42,138 nt of DNA from Octopus bimaculoides (Eukaryota): positions 80,312,516-80,354,653 of the forward strand of contig NC_068983.1 in the NCBI RefSeq assembly GCF_001194135.2, written 5' to 3'. Positions 1 to 13,545 of the stretch are shown here, one piece after another (position 1 is the first letter of the stretch; every line of letters starts with the position of its first letter). The translations under genes and the position numbers were made by a program. The notes beneath the pieces were generated by a model. That model did not search any database. It was not told where the DNA came from and saw nothing but the letters and a program-made list of their open reading frames with translations.

Positions 1-195
<195 letters not shown>

Positions 196-196
196 C

Positions 197-345
197 ATCA
201 ACATCATCATTTAATGCCCATATTCTATGCTGGCATTGGTTGGATGGATTAACAGGATCCAGTGGATCCTAATCCAGTATCTGCATTGGCATGGTTTCTA
301 TCAAAAGATACCCTTCCTAAAACCAACCACTTTCACGATGCAAGG
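197..345 (-). mobile_element. Degenerate LINE-3'-tail-type repeat (family D)
   Basis: catcatcatttaatgcccat..atgctggcattggttggatgg..cccttcctaaaaccaaccac matches the better-preserved copy at 595-782. Confidence 0.45.
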
Positions 346-594
346 CTACAAACTAATGAAAGGGTGGCTTTACATTAGAAGATGAATAATTAAAGTGATA
401 TAAAAGGGGGCAGAACAGAACAGATTTCCTGCTGTAAAGAAGCTACAAAACTACTCACATTTTAGACAGGGAGCAGCTGGAGCTGGAAAGTGATAATAGT
501 GGTGATGGGGTTCTAAGTGAATGGGGACTGAGGAACCAAGAGTATGGGTGTGTGGAGGTTGCACACATGTACACACACACACACACACATATAT

Positions 595-782
595 ATCATC
601 ATTGTTTAACGTCCGCTTTCCATGCTAGCATGGGTTGGACGATTTGACTGAGGACTGGCGAACCAGGCTACACCAGGATGCCATTCCTAACGTCAACCAC
701 TCCGAGAGTGTAGTGGGTGCTTTTACGTGCCACCTGCACAGGAGCCAGTCCAGTGGCACTGGCAACGATCTCGCTCGAATGT
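595..782 (-). mobile_element. LINE-3'-tail-type repeat (family D, related to the RTE 3' tail)
   Basis: tcatcattgtttaacgtccgctttccatgctagcatgggttggacg...cactggcaacgatctcgctcgaat. Its reverse complement resembles the RTE 3' tail at 25320-25486 (tcgagcaaggtcgttgccagt). Confidence 0.6.
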
Positions 783-787
783 CTTTT

Positions 788-818
<31 letters not shown>

Positions 819-949
819 AAAATAATCAATGTGTTCTCAAAAGAAAAGAGAAATAAATGAAGACCAGTAAGTCTGGTATATTTTCAGAAGCTCATTAAAT
901 GTTTAATTTTGAAAATTGATTATTAAACTCATGATATTTACCAACTATT

Positions 950-1095
950 AGTGAAGGTGTGTGTCCTTGAGTTGTGTATTGAGAGAATGGATGTACTCTA
1001 GTGTTCAATTCCTAAACTGGATAGGATGTTGTGTCCTTAAGCAGGGCACTTCATTGCACATTCACTCCAGTCTACTCAACTGAAATTAGTACCAC
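950..1095 (+). mobile_element. Degenerate tRNA-derived SINE fragment
   Basis: gtgaaggtgtg head, B-box-like gtgttcaattcc, then gttgtgtccttaagcagggcacttca..ccagtctactcaactg. The head resembles the one at 39905-39987. Confidence 0.4.
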
Positions 1096-2199
1096 ATGAC
1101 TGCTGGTGCAGCCCTGTCTCTCTCCCTCCAGCTGTTACATCTTTGTGTTGTGTGTGACTACACAGATATGTCAAAATACTGAATATATGGTACAAAATCA
1201 TACTTGCATGTGATAGTTGTAGTTTAGTTTTAGTACCAATTATGGCTATCAATAAAAAGTAGTAAATCAATCTGGGCATTCTTAACGAAGCACAAAATGA
1301 AACAATTAAATACAATTCCTTTCACATACTCACTATGCAGAATCATTAATTAATACAACTGTAATTCAAAGGCTTGTTTCTAAATAGTTTCCTCATGTTA
1401 GTCAACTATTAATAATAACAGGATAAACTTTAATCCCATAAAGAGAATCAACTCTCCTCAGATGTACATTAGTGATGTCGCTGACTTTGATAAATCCAGT
1501 AGTTTTATGAGTTGCAATAAAGATAATCTCTTGCTCAATATACTCCTGTTAAGACCCCATCTACTGCAATCCTCATTTTCATTACTCTCCTTTCTAATGC
1601 TTATCCTCTCCCTTGTCCACTGTACTATACAACCACTGTATCTTTCATTACATCACCTGTGTACCAAGGGATGGTGCTGGAGCCGACTAAATATGACAGC
1701 CAGGCTTGAACACTATCACTCTCTATCCTCAACGTCAATCTTTACTGACATCTGTCACTCCTCTTACCATTGTCCATCTCTGTTGCTACCTATCATTCTC
1801 TCTCTCACTATCATCTATCTTTACTATCTTTCAATCCGCCTCTCCCCCCCCCTTTCCTTCTCTCACACACACACAATAACTCCCCCTTTGTTGACATACT
1901 TCACTCCCCTTCTATTATTCTTTCTACCCTCACTTCCTTAATGCTCTCTATTATCCTGTTTCCTCTTCACTCCTTCCTCCACCATACTGTTGTTTTTCTA
2001 TTCAATCTACTTACCAAGCACCAATATGTCCTAGCCTACCATTGTCTCTCTTCCTGCTCCCATCATTCTATTTTTCTAATTATACCTGAACTCTCTCTTA
2101 CCCCAGTGCTCTCTTATCATTTTCTCTTATACTCACCCCTTTCAGTCACGTTTGACTAGAGCAAACAATGCAGAATAGAAAGTAAATAAAGTCTTACAG

Positions 2200-2432
2200 G
2201 GAATGAAATCAGTTCTACTAGTTCTGATACCATAATATGCCTCCCTGTACACCCTGTAAAAAAGGTTGACATTAGGAAGGGCATCTGGTCATAGAAAATA
2301 ATACCAAATAATAGAATATGCAAGTGAAGCATAGTCCTCTGACCCATCTAGGTAGGGAGTAACTCCAAATAAGGACTAGCTTGCACCATAAATTACTCAG
2401 CCAACCCATGCTAGATGAATGACGATGATGAT
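2200..2432 (+). mobile_element. Degenerate family D repeat
   Basis: ggttgacattaggaagggcatctgg...ccaacccatgctagatgaatgacgatgatga is the reverse complement of family D motifs. Confidence 0.4.
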
Positions 2433-5400
2433 CTCAAAATGTATGAGTAGGAAATTGGAAGTGAAGGCTGCTTGTAAGAGAGAGAAGTTAATGCAGAATT
2501 TTTCTTTCTTATTCTTTGAGATAAGTAAAATTTGTGCCATAATTATTAACTTTTGATAGGTTTGCATAAGAAGAATAAATCTGAGTTAAGGGAGAATGTA
2601 AATATTAAATGGAAGTTATTATTCAGATTACTAGATGTCATTAATATAAGAATTGATAGATAAAAAGAAATAAGGGCCTTTAGGTATTCAGAGGTGAATA
2701 AATAAACACAATCATGAGCCCTGAGAACTTGATTTAATCTGATCAGATTAAACCATAAGTTCAGAAATAAGACTATGAAAGGCTTTGTTAATGTTAGTAG
2801 CAACAAACTGGTAGAAATAGTATTATGTTGATTAACTGGTTTACAGTATGTACTTTCCGTTTCTGTAAATTTTGATTTCAAATTCTATCAGAATCAACTC
2901 TGGTTTATATTATTAGTAATGCACTAGTCATCTTCATACCCCTCTCATAGTAATAATTAGCACTGTCCTTAAATACTGAGTACTAATTAAGATTATTAAT
3001 AGCAACTGATTAGTTTGTTGTTACACATTTTTTTTCAAACTTAAGTTATAAAACGAGGATTTTGCTATATTGATGAGTGATTGTAGACAGCATCATAATT
3101 CCTTGGAAATGTTCGAAATGTGAAAACTATTAAGTAGCAGTTACGATCAATGATCTCTCATTGAAGGAGGCACATAGATGGTAATAAACTTCCTCGAAGA
3201 CTACAGAGGAGAAAAGAAAGCAGAGAGATAAAATATTGATGGGTGTTTAACTGCACAATAAATTTGTGAGTTTAATTAATTGACTACTTTTAATGTTCTC
3301 GTAAATGCTTGAGCAGTTTTTAATAAACCATTCATCTTTGCCTAGCTTTCTCACTGCCCACCAGATTACTGATTAAACCTTCTGTAAGCCAACAATATTT
3401 AACATTTTTTTTCATTTCTCACAAAATGCTTGTCTCACAGTATTTATCTGAAACTATAACTATCTATCAATTCTAACCACTCAACCTGCTGGTAATAGCA
3501 ACCAAATCATTGCAACATAAAGGAAAAACAGATACAATAGGTAACATAGTTCTAGATACTCCCAAAAATGTCATGATGGAAAAAAAATTTAAAGTATTTA
3601 CAAGAATGAAAGAAAAAATTCTAATTCTATATTCTAATATAGAGATTTGATCACTAATCTAGGCAAGGAAGAATGATTTGTGAAAACTGTTCAAGCATTT
3701 ATGAGAACTTTAAAAGTAGAGTCACTTCTGTGAACTCATGATTTTATTGTGCAGAAAAACATCCATCTATATTCTATATCTCTACTTTCTTTTCTCCATT
3801 GTAGCATTTGAAAAAAATTATTAACTTCTAAGAGCTTCATTCTATGAGAGGAATTCATCGCTTTCATCTCTCAACATTTCCAAGAAATTCTGATGATAAT
3901 TCAACCAGTAACCTTAATGTATTATATATCTGTTGCTGTCTTCAGTAACCATCTACATGATAAAGCCATGCTTTATAACCTTTAGAAACTAATCTATTGG
4001 TTATTAAAGTTTTATTTGCACTCAACATCTGTCTAAGAACAGTGCTAATTTTTTTATTATCAGAGTGATATGGAAATAACTAGTGTATAACTAATAATAT
4101 AAACCAGAGTTAATTTTGGTGGGATTTGAACTAAGAACTTATGAAAATGAAACTACATACTGTAACCCAGTTAATCCACCTTACTACAATTTCTGTCAGA
4201 CTGTTGCTATTAATATAACCAAAGCTTTTCTCTATAAATCTGCTCATCCAGGCCAAATCTAGTGTTAAACAATGACAACCCTACAGTACAATGATTCTTA
4301 CTACGTAATCAATGAATTTGTGCATCTCCTTCCTTTGCTATCCTGATAATTATCAAGAAAAACTCCTTTGTGCATAATTTGACTTTTTACTAAGTAAGAG
4401 ACTAGTACAAATACTCATTTGCCCTCTTTATCTGGCTTATCAGTAAAAAAACATCTCAAGCACACTTTTCTATCAACAACAGTCTAAGGAAGGCAGATCT
4501 CTCGTCTAGGACATGACGTGCAGAGACACATTCTCCAGCTCCAACCTTTCAGCATCTGCTGCAAATCCGTGTCACTTGCCTGTAACACAGAAGGGAGAAA
4601 AATCAATAAATGTAGGGGCCTAACCAGCTACTATCAGTTTGTGCTGGTCACCAACAAGAGGGGTGTTCTAGGACCCTGTACTACCAATTTCTTCTTTCAA
4701 AATAGGGATAATGGCAGCTTGTCAAAAAAATGAGCCCCAAGAGGTGAAGTGGCTGCTGCAGTGAGCATCAATGACCATTCTCTGCAGCAATGCCATCGCG
4801 ATCATTACCACAGGGCACGGCTGAGCACCCCACTTGTTCTGCGATATCTAGCTCTTCACCCCCTCTCCCTCCATCTTCTGCTGCTTTTTTCTTTTTCTTT
4901 CTTTTCTTTATTTATCTCTGTTTCTTTGTATTTAAATGTTCTAATAAAATAAATCATTTGATCTTATATTAACTCTTGACACACATCTCCAACTCTCTAT
5001 ACTTGATGCTTCTCATCTTCACAACTATATAAACTTGATAACTTAATTTTCACCTCGCTTATAGTTATCGTCATTGTTTAGCGTATGTCAGCCCTCATCA
5101 AGGTCAGACCTATGATCAAAAAACCTTTTAACTGTAGCTATTCTATAATTTTCATATATCCAACACTACATTGTAGTCATCACAATCGCTGCATATTGTA
5201 TATCCATGACTACACTGTCCATTATGTCACTACATTTTTTGTTTTTTTTGGAGGATTTTTTTTTCAGACAGTAAGATAAGATTTGAAAAGTTTGATCTGC
5301 TATTTCTAGCAAGTTGAGTAACCGAGTAGAGATTCCTTTACTGACTCCTGTTAGCCTCTAGTTATATTTACAATGAAAAGAGTTTGTGATCATAATCATT

Positions 5401-5626
5401 TGTTTGCCTCTCTTTTTCCCTAAACAGATCATAGTTGATCAGGCTTTCAGACCTATCTCACCAGTAGTTAAGTCAACAGCTGGCTACTAGTAGCTGTAGC
5501 ACCATCCATTCTTAATATTTCCTGACACTGCCAATAACACCTTCTTACTATAATTATGGCATACATGTCCTCTTCCTTTAACCTTTTAGCATTCACATTA
5601 CTCTGTCAAATATAATGCTTATTTAT

Positions 5627-5841
5627 TTCTTTACTTGCTTCAGACATTAGACAGCGGCCATATTGGGGCACCACCTTGAATTTTTAGTCGAATGAATCGA
5701 CCCCAGTACTGATTTAAGCCTGATGTTTATTCCGTCAATCAATTTCCGGAACTGCTAGGTTACGGGGGACACAAATGCACTGGCACTGGTTGTCAAGTGG
5801 TGGTGGTGGTGGGACAAACACAGACATAAAGACACACACAT

Positions 5842-5918
<77 letters not shown>

Positions 5919-6010
5919 TATATATATACACAACAGGCATCTTTCAGTTTCTATCTACCAAATCTGCTCACAAAGCTTTGGTTGGCCTGAAACCAGAACC
6001 ACACAGCCAT
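5627..6010 (-). mobile_element. tRNA-derived SINE, family A, with internal (AT)n; head partly deleted
   Basis: tacttgcttcagacattagacagcggccatattggggcaccacc...gttgtcaagtggtgg..(AT)n..ctttcagtttctatctaccaaatc; homologous to 12894-13314. Confidence 0.8.
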
Positions 6011-6776
6011 TTTGAATTATGTATTATCTCGTAACTGAGGTTGCAATGATATAATTATCTATTTTTAGAATGACATTGTAGGGTAGGTGTAAAAAGCCAG
6101 ATCTGGCCAATTTGAACATTAAACAGGTAGAATATTGGGGCCTGATATGACCATTTTAAATGCTAAAGTATTAAGGTAGTTAATGCTCACCAACTCCCTT
6201 ATAGAGCTTGTTACTTCAGTTAATTCAAACACATACTGATATCATAGTTGTTACATTCTTTTGTTAATAGTCTTATTATAATTAAACCAAACACACTATC
6301 TTTTCCCTTCTCTGCTAATAGTATGCCTATGACTACAACATTAGTTTTACAATTGTTACCAGCCCAATACAGCATATAATTATAACCTCTAGCATTGCTG
6401 CGTCTGTTGCTTAGCCTCAAGTCGACCATGACTGAGCAATCCTATGGTTATAGACATTCTAATCATGACTATCCAACATTTTTAAGGTATCTAGAACTCA
6501 ATCAATTAGTCTCTCCTTATTTAAGATGGTGAGGGAGGGAGTGATTTCAAGGTAATTTGACTGCTATTTTTACCAAGTTGAGCAGTCATGCAGAGACTCC
6601 GGCATTGGCATGGAGAGGCATTCCGATCATGACCATCCTGTCTCAACATTGTTTCAATCTGTCTTTCATTAAGACAGTAGGGTGTCATTTCTAAGGTTTG
6701 GCTCCTACTCCTAGCAGGTCAACTGAGAACATAGAGGCTCCTTAGTTGACTCATCTTGACTCCCTACAGCAGTGAG

Positions 6777-6892
6777 CAGTGTTTCTCAAAGTGAAGGTAC
6801 ATACCTAACAGGTGGGGTATGAAATTTCAGAATGCCAGATAAGTAACAAATAAGTGAATAAAACTTGCAATAAAGTTCTAATTAAAGGCCTT

Positions 6893-6944
<52 letters not shown>

Positions 6945-7019
6945 AATCTTGTTCATGGTGAGGTACAAGTATTTTAAAATCGAAGTACAATGTTGAATAG
7001 AATTGGTTGCAAAACACTA
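6777..7019. mobile_element. Possible degenerate hAT-like MITE with internal (AT)n
   Basis: Starts cagtgtttctcaa and ends ttgcaaaacacta (imperfect inverted repeat, hAT-Charlie-like terminus). No TSD found. Confidence 0.3.
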
Positions 7020-7548
7020 CCTTACGGTGATCAATTTCAGTTACATATCTCTTTAGGGTGTCATGTATTTCTTTAGCCCAACCCCTTTAAACAAATCCAG
7101 TTCCCAAAATCCTTACATATCGATTACTACCATCACCACCACCAGCAGCTCTGCTTCATTATTCTCCTATTTCTGAAATGAAACTAAGTTAATAAGAGAG
7201 AAATGTTGTCTATACTTTTCCTGATATAAATAAGCAAATATGAAAACAAAATACATTTTCTCTTCATTTTCTTTTTCCTCTTTGCTGTTTAACAACTATT
7301 TTTATGGGTAGGATGTAACATGCAAATTTAAAGATTTCCAATGCTAGAGAGAGGGGAATTATTTTTGAAGTCGGTTTGTTGCCCTTATTGATAAGGAGTC
7401 AATTGTGAAAGGTGTAGCCTGAAGCAAACAGAGTTATGTATCTTGCCTCCTAAGTGCATCACAAAATAACTATACTTTCAAGCTTAAATCTATGGCTAAA
7501 CTAAAAAAAAAAAAGCTGATGATGTCTATAATGTAAACATGTACTTAC

Positions 7549-7676
7549 CATTATGCTCTGAAATTGTTATAATAGTATTGTTTCTGGTGGCTTTGATGTG
7601 AGCTATATGCAAGTGCTTGTAGGGTACACCATCAACTAGCATGTCAGGTGTTCTGAGAGTAGGGAAAATGTCAGGA
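7549..7676 (-). CDS. MRPS11: Mitochondrial ribosomal protein S11 (uS11m), coding exon 3 (128 nt)
   Basis: Acceptor ttttccag and donor G|gtaagt. Translates (N)PDIFPTLRTPDMLVDGVPYKHLHIAHIKATRNNTIITISEHN(G). IAHIKATRNNT matches the IAHIKASHNNT motif of vertebrate MRPS11 (start of the S11 fold). Phases join the exon at 8741-8882. Confidence 0.92.
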
Positions 7677-7823
7677 CTGGAAAATATTAAAAAATTGTAA
7701 TATAAAATTCATACTAAAACACATACTATTTATTATTATTTTCTGTTTTCACAATTAAAAAAAAATAATGCATTTTGGTACCATTTAGTGTGCAGAAACT
7801 GTACAGAATTCACTCACACACAC

Positions 7824-7825
<2 letters not shown>

Positions 7826-7871
<46 letters not shown>

Positions 7872-7882
7872 CGTGCATGCGC
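7826..7882. repeat. (GT)n microsatellite
   Basis: Direct reading. Confidence 0.95.
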
Positions 7883-7884
7883 GT

Positions 7885-7980
7885 TTTGCTTGTTTTAGTC
7901 ATTAGAATGTAGTCAAGCTGGAGCACCACCTTGTAGTATTTAGTCGGATAAGTCACACACCCACCAGTAGTTATTTGTTT
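7885..7980 (-). mobile_element. SINE family A 3'-end fragment
   Basis: gcttgttttagtcattagaatgtagtcaagctggagcaccaccttg matches the family A tail. Confidence 0.55.
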
Positions 7981-8740
7981 TTTAAAAGTCTGGGACTCAT
8001 TCTTTCTCTTTTTGCCAAATCACTAGGTTACTGAAGCATAAACAAAATAACAGCAGTTGTCAGGTTGTGGTAGTGGGCAAATAGAAAGACATGTGCATAT
8101 GTGTATTAATGTTTGCTTTTATGTTCAGTTATAAAAACAATTTTACATTAATCTGATGGGTTACTCTATACTTTTGTAGAGTACAAATTTATTATTCTTA
8201 TACAAGAATGTTGTTGACAGTGACTTCAATACATTAGAGTTATTTTGCCTTCATATAGTCTCTGTTGAGTTAAAATCATCTTTGGGTGTGTGGATTTGAG
8301 TGGAGTGATAATTAGGTTTTTATGGAAAGGAGTTTTGAAAAAGAGTTTTTATTGATTAAATTTGAGGTAATGTTATTGTTTAGAATTTATTCATGTATTA
8401 TTTCAACAAGTCCACCAGGGGGTTTCCCTATGACAATTATTCAAATCAGCAACCCCTCAAACAACACCTTAATGTTTTTTTTTTTTTAATGGGAAGGATA
8501 CATTTAATAATGTAATCTTAGATACTTTATCTCTAGAAAATATAAGAATAGGATGGTCAAAGCTGGATTGCCTTTGAATACAGGTCTGCTCAATCCAGAA
8601 ATGATCTGGGGCTAACTAATAGTAATAATGGTATGTTTTAACAATGAAATAATGAGGCTGTTGTTTGGAAACAGTTAACAGAGGAATTTGAACTTTCAGA
8701 GATTAAATAAGTAAAAACAAAAAGCAAGATAAAGATTTAC

Positions 8741-8882
8741 TTGGCGTCAACTTCAGCTGTGTCGCTAAGATATAATCGCTCCTTAGCTTCCATTTGTGTC
8801 CATTTTTTGAGACGGTTGTCCTTGTCCAACACTGTTCTTGGAAAGCTGATATGAATCGCTTGAGTCAGAAGTAGTGGATTGC
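8741..8882 (-). CDS. MRPS11: MRPS11 coding exon 2 (142 nt)
   Basis: Acceptor aaatcag and donor AA|gtaaat. Only one open frame: (G)NPLLLTQAIHISFPRTVLDKDNRLKKWTQMEAKERLYLSDTAEVDA(N). It enters in phase 1 and leaves in phase 2, fitting both neighbouring exons. Confidence 0.8.
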
Positions 8883-10099
8883 CTGATTTTAATAAATCAA
8901 ATGTAAATAGTTCAAAATACTTAAAAGAAACAATTCATCTAAATCTGTTCTTTATACTTCCTAAAACTTTGTCTTTAAGTATTTGCTACAAATGATCACA
9001 CCACAACCCCTTCTTTTCTCGTCTTCTAATTGCAAACACACAAACACCACAGCCAAATCTTCAAATAACTCATCCACATTTGAGGAGTTTTATGCATCTC
9101 AAAAGAAAGGGGGGACAGAGAGAGAGAGAGAGAGAGACCACTAACCTGACAATCTGTAAGATCTAATCTAAACATTCTAAAAGGAAATGATATGGAATTA
9201 GTTTAAATCAGAGTTATATTTAACTATTATTTCAGTTAATGCAATTAATTACAAGTGAAATATCAGAGCTGTTTACTAATGTTGATTGCATGAATCATGC
9301 AAATTTAATATAAAGTTGAAGGATCACTTTATTTTTCATGAAACAGTTTAACAACATATGCTATTTCTAAGCTTAAAAATAATATATTATTTATTCAAAT
9401 TCTTGAAATTATAACATTTATTTCCCATTTTACTTTTCAAGTAAAATATGTAACATTCTACGTTTTCTGTTTTTCTACAATTGCCTCTTCTAATTAATTC
9501 AATGCCACACTCCATCATGTCTGCACATATCTCTCTTTTTCTCATTACTTCTCGTCTCTATAAAGACAAACTCAATGTTTCTTCTGCAAAATATTACTTT
9601 GGATTTAGATTTTGCCCAAATTTTCCACCCGTCTTTATTTAAAATTAATTTGCATTAATTTAAAGAAAATATTAACTACAGGCATAAGATGCAGTTCAGT
9701 TTAATTTCACCACCTGGACCTAAGCCAATTTAATGCAAGCACTCACACCCAACCCTTAGTTCTCTCCCCAACCAGATTCTTTACTGCAGTTATGGTATGA
9801 GTACTGATCCTCTTATCCAGTTTAACTTACATTTAAAAAACAAATAAAATGATCATTAACCCAAAGCAATCTAGTGGTCAAGAAATATATAAAATATTCA
9901 AAGAGAAACAAAAAACAAGTAAAATTTTTTCACAACAAAAAGCAGTATTGATGTACTTAAAAGCAGACAAACCACTAAATGTATCATCCAAAGTAATGTA
10001 GGTTCGTGCCAATGCTAAAACTATGGATAAAGATATTTTGGCTGGAAGTTACATTACAAATTCACTCTGCTTTTACTAATATAAAGGAACAGGCATAAG

Positions 10100-10400
10100 A
10101 AGTAATGATGTACTCAGTTAACTTTCACAAACCCATCCAATTTAGAGAACATTTTCAAGTATGCATCTCAGACTGCACCCCAATGAAGGCTGTTCAACTG
10201 ATTGACAAGGATTCAGTTATGAATACCTTGCTTCAGTCATTGGCTCAGACAAACTCCATTTGCACTCTCTACCTCTTCTATTATTACTTCAATAGGTTCT
10301 ACCTCTGAAATAGTTACCTGTGCACCCTTTTCACCCACAACTACATGACTCTCCTCCTCTTGTTCCAACTATGTCCTCACCTCTCAGATCCTACACAAAA
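10100..10400 (+). mobile_element. Ancient L2/CR1-clade LINE ORF2 C-terminal remnant
   Basis: KAVQLIDKDSVMNTLLQSLAQTNSICTLYLFYYYFN resembles the KxAxRLI...LQSLAHRRxVxxLxLFYRYxxG region downstream of the RT in L2/Crack-type LINEs. Confidence 0.5.
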
Positions 10401-11526
10401 TAATTTTCTCTTTTTCCTTTCTCCCTCAGCACTGCAACCTTCTGCAATTATTTCTCTGCAGACATTGAGCTACTGGCATTGAAACTATCAACTATAATGT
10501 CAGTAGTTTGGAAGAGCATGCAAAGATCTTCAGCACTGCTCCACTTCCATTAAGTATCTTAAAGAAAAATATCTTCTGCTTCACAAAATGCTACTACACT
10601 TATAGAACAAGAACAGACTTACAACAACCAAACAGTGAATCCACTTTCAGAGTGTTGCATTGCACACTGTAAATCTTGTTAGCATACCAGCATGGAAGGA
10701 TAATGATGATGAAAAGATTTTAAAACATTGTATTTCTAAAGATACGTTAAATAACTGTCTCAAAATTCCTAAGGATTTGACAAAGAGCCAAATTAGTCAA
10801 ATAAAATGAACAAATTAATAAATCAATAACCAATGCTGAAATATTGAACTTTTCAAATCAGAGAAACATACGAGTACGTGACTTGCTGATAGGTGCAACA
10901 ATTATTGCATGATTAGCTACAGAATTTATAGTAACTGACATAAATTTCTTATCCATCATTTAGTCAGAAGAGGAGGAGAGAAAATACCCATCACCAAAAG
11001 TAGGGCCTCTTAAACAATTAAAGAAAAGAATAGTAATAAAGTAATGATGTAAATAATTACATTATGAAGCAAAATCACCCAAATATAGTTTGTGATATAT
11101 AAGAGTGTTATATTACGAGTACCATAGATTAGCTCCAAGCAGTCAAATCTTAAATCTGGTTTTCCTTGCTGAATGTAATTGGTTTACTTTGTTTAGATAA
11201 GGAACACTTTTATGTAAAACATGGACAGCACCTTCTTGTTCCCCTCTCACATAAGTATGAGGCCTTGTGCCTATACAAGATACCAGAAATCAATATTTAA
11301 TGGCCACACAACTAAGTTTGTCTTTGATCATAGGAGATATCTTCACTGCTGAATTCCCCACAACAAAAGATTAATGACCTCTAAAAATGAAACTTAGAAA
11401 CCTAGACGTAATAATCATTACAAAAAAGATAATTTTAAATGCTTGTAATTTAGAACACACTAAACTAAATAGCATAATTTTAAAAGTAAATGCAAAAACA
11501 AAGTGAAAAATAAGAGTGATACTTAC

Positions 11527-11605
11527 CACTGACAGATAAAACTTTGTTTTTCAAGGGAGAACTTACACATGACTGTCCAAGATTTCGTAACACTGAGGAC
11601 AACAT
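11527..11605 (-). CDS. MRPS11: MRPS11 coding exon 1 (ATG at 11605; exon acceptor at 11609), presequence-like
   Basis: Acceptor ctttttgtttcatttacag and donor GTG|gtaagt. MLSSVLRNLGQSCVSSPLKNKVLSVS(G) is Ser/Leu/basic-rich with no acidic residues, like a mitochondrial presequence. Phase 1 joins the exon at 8882. Confidence 0.7.
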
Positions 11606-12893
11606 TATTCTGTAAATGAAACAAAAAGTGATTGGAATAAATATACAAGAAAGAGACGAGATAAAATTAATACTTTTATATTACAAAATTTTAGTTTTGT
11701 ATAACTGTTCATTAGTTTGTTTAAATATATTTTAGCAATTCACAAAAACAAACTAAATCAGGATAATAAATGAGTAACTGATGATTATGAAATAAATGAA
11801 GAGATTTTAATTATTCAGCAGCTAAGTCTAACAACAACATCAACAACAATAAAAACATAAACAAAACAAACTGATAAAAAAATCTTATTTCTTTTGAGAG
11901 AAGAATAAAGTTGTTTTTGGAATTTGTAATATAAACATTTATATTCATGAATTCAGAAGGATTTTTTCCCCATTTGGAATACAACAGGTTTATTTATACA
12001 AGAAAGTGTTAACCTGTTAGTATATTGCAATGCAAATTTTACTAATGGAAACTGATGAAATTTTGTGAAATACTTTATATAAATAAAAGATATGAAAATA
12101 CTCTTTCATTGTTTATTTGTGTTTCTCTTTCTTCTGGTGAGATGAAGTCAGTTCAAAATCACCTTCATATATTTTTTTTTTTTTTTTTTCATTCTAATAG
12201 TTTAGTCAGAGGACAAAGAGTAACACTCATGCCCCTTTTTAAGGATCTTCTTATCATAAGTCTCCCTGTGACGAATGGAAAGAAGAGAAGAAGTTGTACT
12301 CAGACCAGAGACCAGACATGAATGCTTATAAAAGGTGTACTCTGCCAAAAGTACACAAGGGCCAGGTGGTGTTAAAATGGATACTAAATTAATTCTACCA
12401 TCCAAGAACAGGAATGGTCTCTCCACGGAGCTTCCACAAAGTTTCCAGTTACCAAATGTCATACAAAGTTTTGGTCAACATGAGGCTAGAGAAAAAAAAC
12501 AAAACTGTTGTCAAAGGTGCTGCTGCTCATTGGGACTGAGCCCCCAAACCATTTTGTATTAAAACAAATGCCTTAATTACATAGCTAAAACAAGAGCAGG
12601 TAGTTGATGGTTTTAGGATTACATACTTGCAGAAACCCAACAGATAGGAAAATCCACAATTAAAAGATGAAACTAGTTATTATATGAGGGATTAACAGCA
12701 TGTTATAATATGTTTATTTCATTAAGCTTTCTAAAATAAAAAGGAAAAAAAAATCTACCTTGTAATAATGCTTACACTTTAATACTATTAAAACATTATA
12801 ACCAATTTGAAACAGAAAAGAGCAATATGCCAATTTCTCTATTGGATTTGCTTATAATGTCTATCAGATAATTTTGAAAATCATACCAGGTTA

Positions 12894-13110
12894 CTCTCTT
12901 TACTCTTTTACTTGTTTCAGTCATTTGAACTGTGGTCATGCTGGAGCACCGCCTTTAATCGAGCAAATCGACCCCAGGACTTATTCTTTGGAAGCCTAGT
13001 ACTTATTCTATCGGTCTCTTTTGCCAAACTGCTAAGTTACGGGAATGTAAACACACCAGCATCGGTTGTCAAGCGATGTTGGGGGAACAAGCACAGACAC
13101 ACAAACATAT

Positions 13111-13154
<44 letters not shown>

Positions 13155-13314
13155 GGCTTCTTTCAGTTTCCGTCTACCAAATCCACTCACAAGGCTTTGG
13201 TCGGCCTGAGACTATAGTAGAAGACACTTGCCCAAGGTGCCATGCCGTGGGAATGAACCCAGAACCATGTGGTTGGTAAGCAAGCTACTTAACACACAGC
13301 CACTCCTGCACTTA
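12894..13314 (-). mobile_element. Full-length tRNA-derived SINE, family A
   Basis: On the minus strand: tRNA-like head (gtggctgtgtg..ggttctgggttcattcc), middle domain, (TA/TG)n, and tail ending tgactgaaacaagtaaaaga. Flanked by 7-bp direct repeat caggtta (12887-12893, 13315-13321). Confidence 0.88.
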
Positions 13315-13324
13315 CAGGTTATTT

Positions 13325-13545
13325 ATCTTTAACTTGTTTCAGTCATTGGACTACAGTCAAGCTGGGGTGCTACTTTGAAGGGTTTAGTCAAACAAACTGA
13401 CTCCAGTACTTTTTTCCTGAACCACTAAGTTATGGGCTTCTTTCAGTTTCTGTCTGCTAAATTCACTCACTAAGTGCTACGCAGTGGGACTGGGCCCCGA
13501 ACCATGTGGTTGGGAAGCAAACTCCTTTAACTACACAGTCTGCAT
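13325..13545 (-). mobile_element. SINE family A copy with internal deletions
   Basis: Tail, middle and head motifs are present in order, but the central microsatellite segment is missing. Confidence 0.7.

Noticed and set aside
1462-2159. 159-aa and 129-aa Leu/Ser/His-rich ORFs
   Set aside because: Pyrimidine-rich low-complexity DNA lacking stop codons; no recognisable domain or splice structure.
6220-6429. 69-aa minus ORF just downstream of MRPS11 exon 3
   Set aside because: No S11 motifs in the frames read and no suitable acceptor; not the missing exon.
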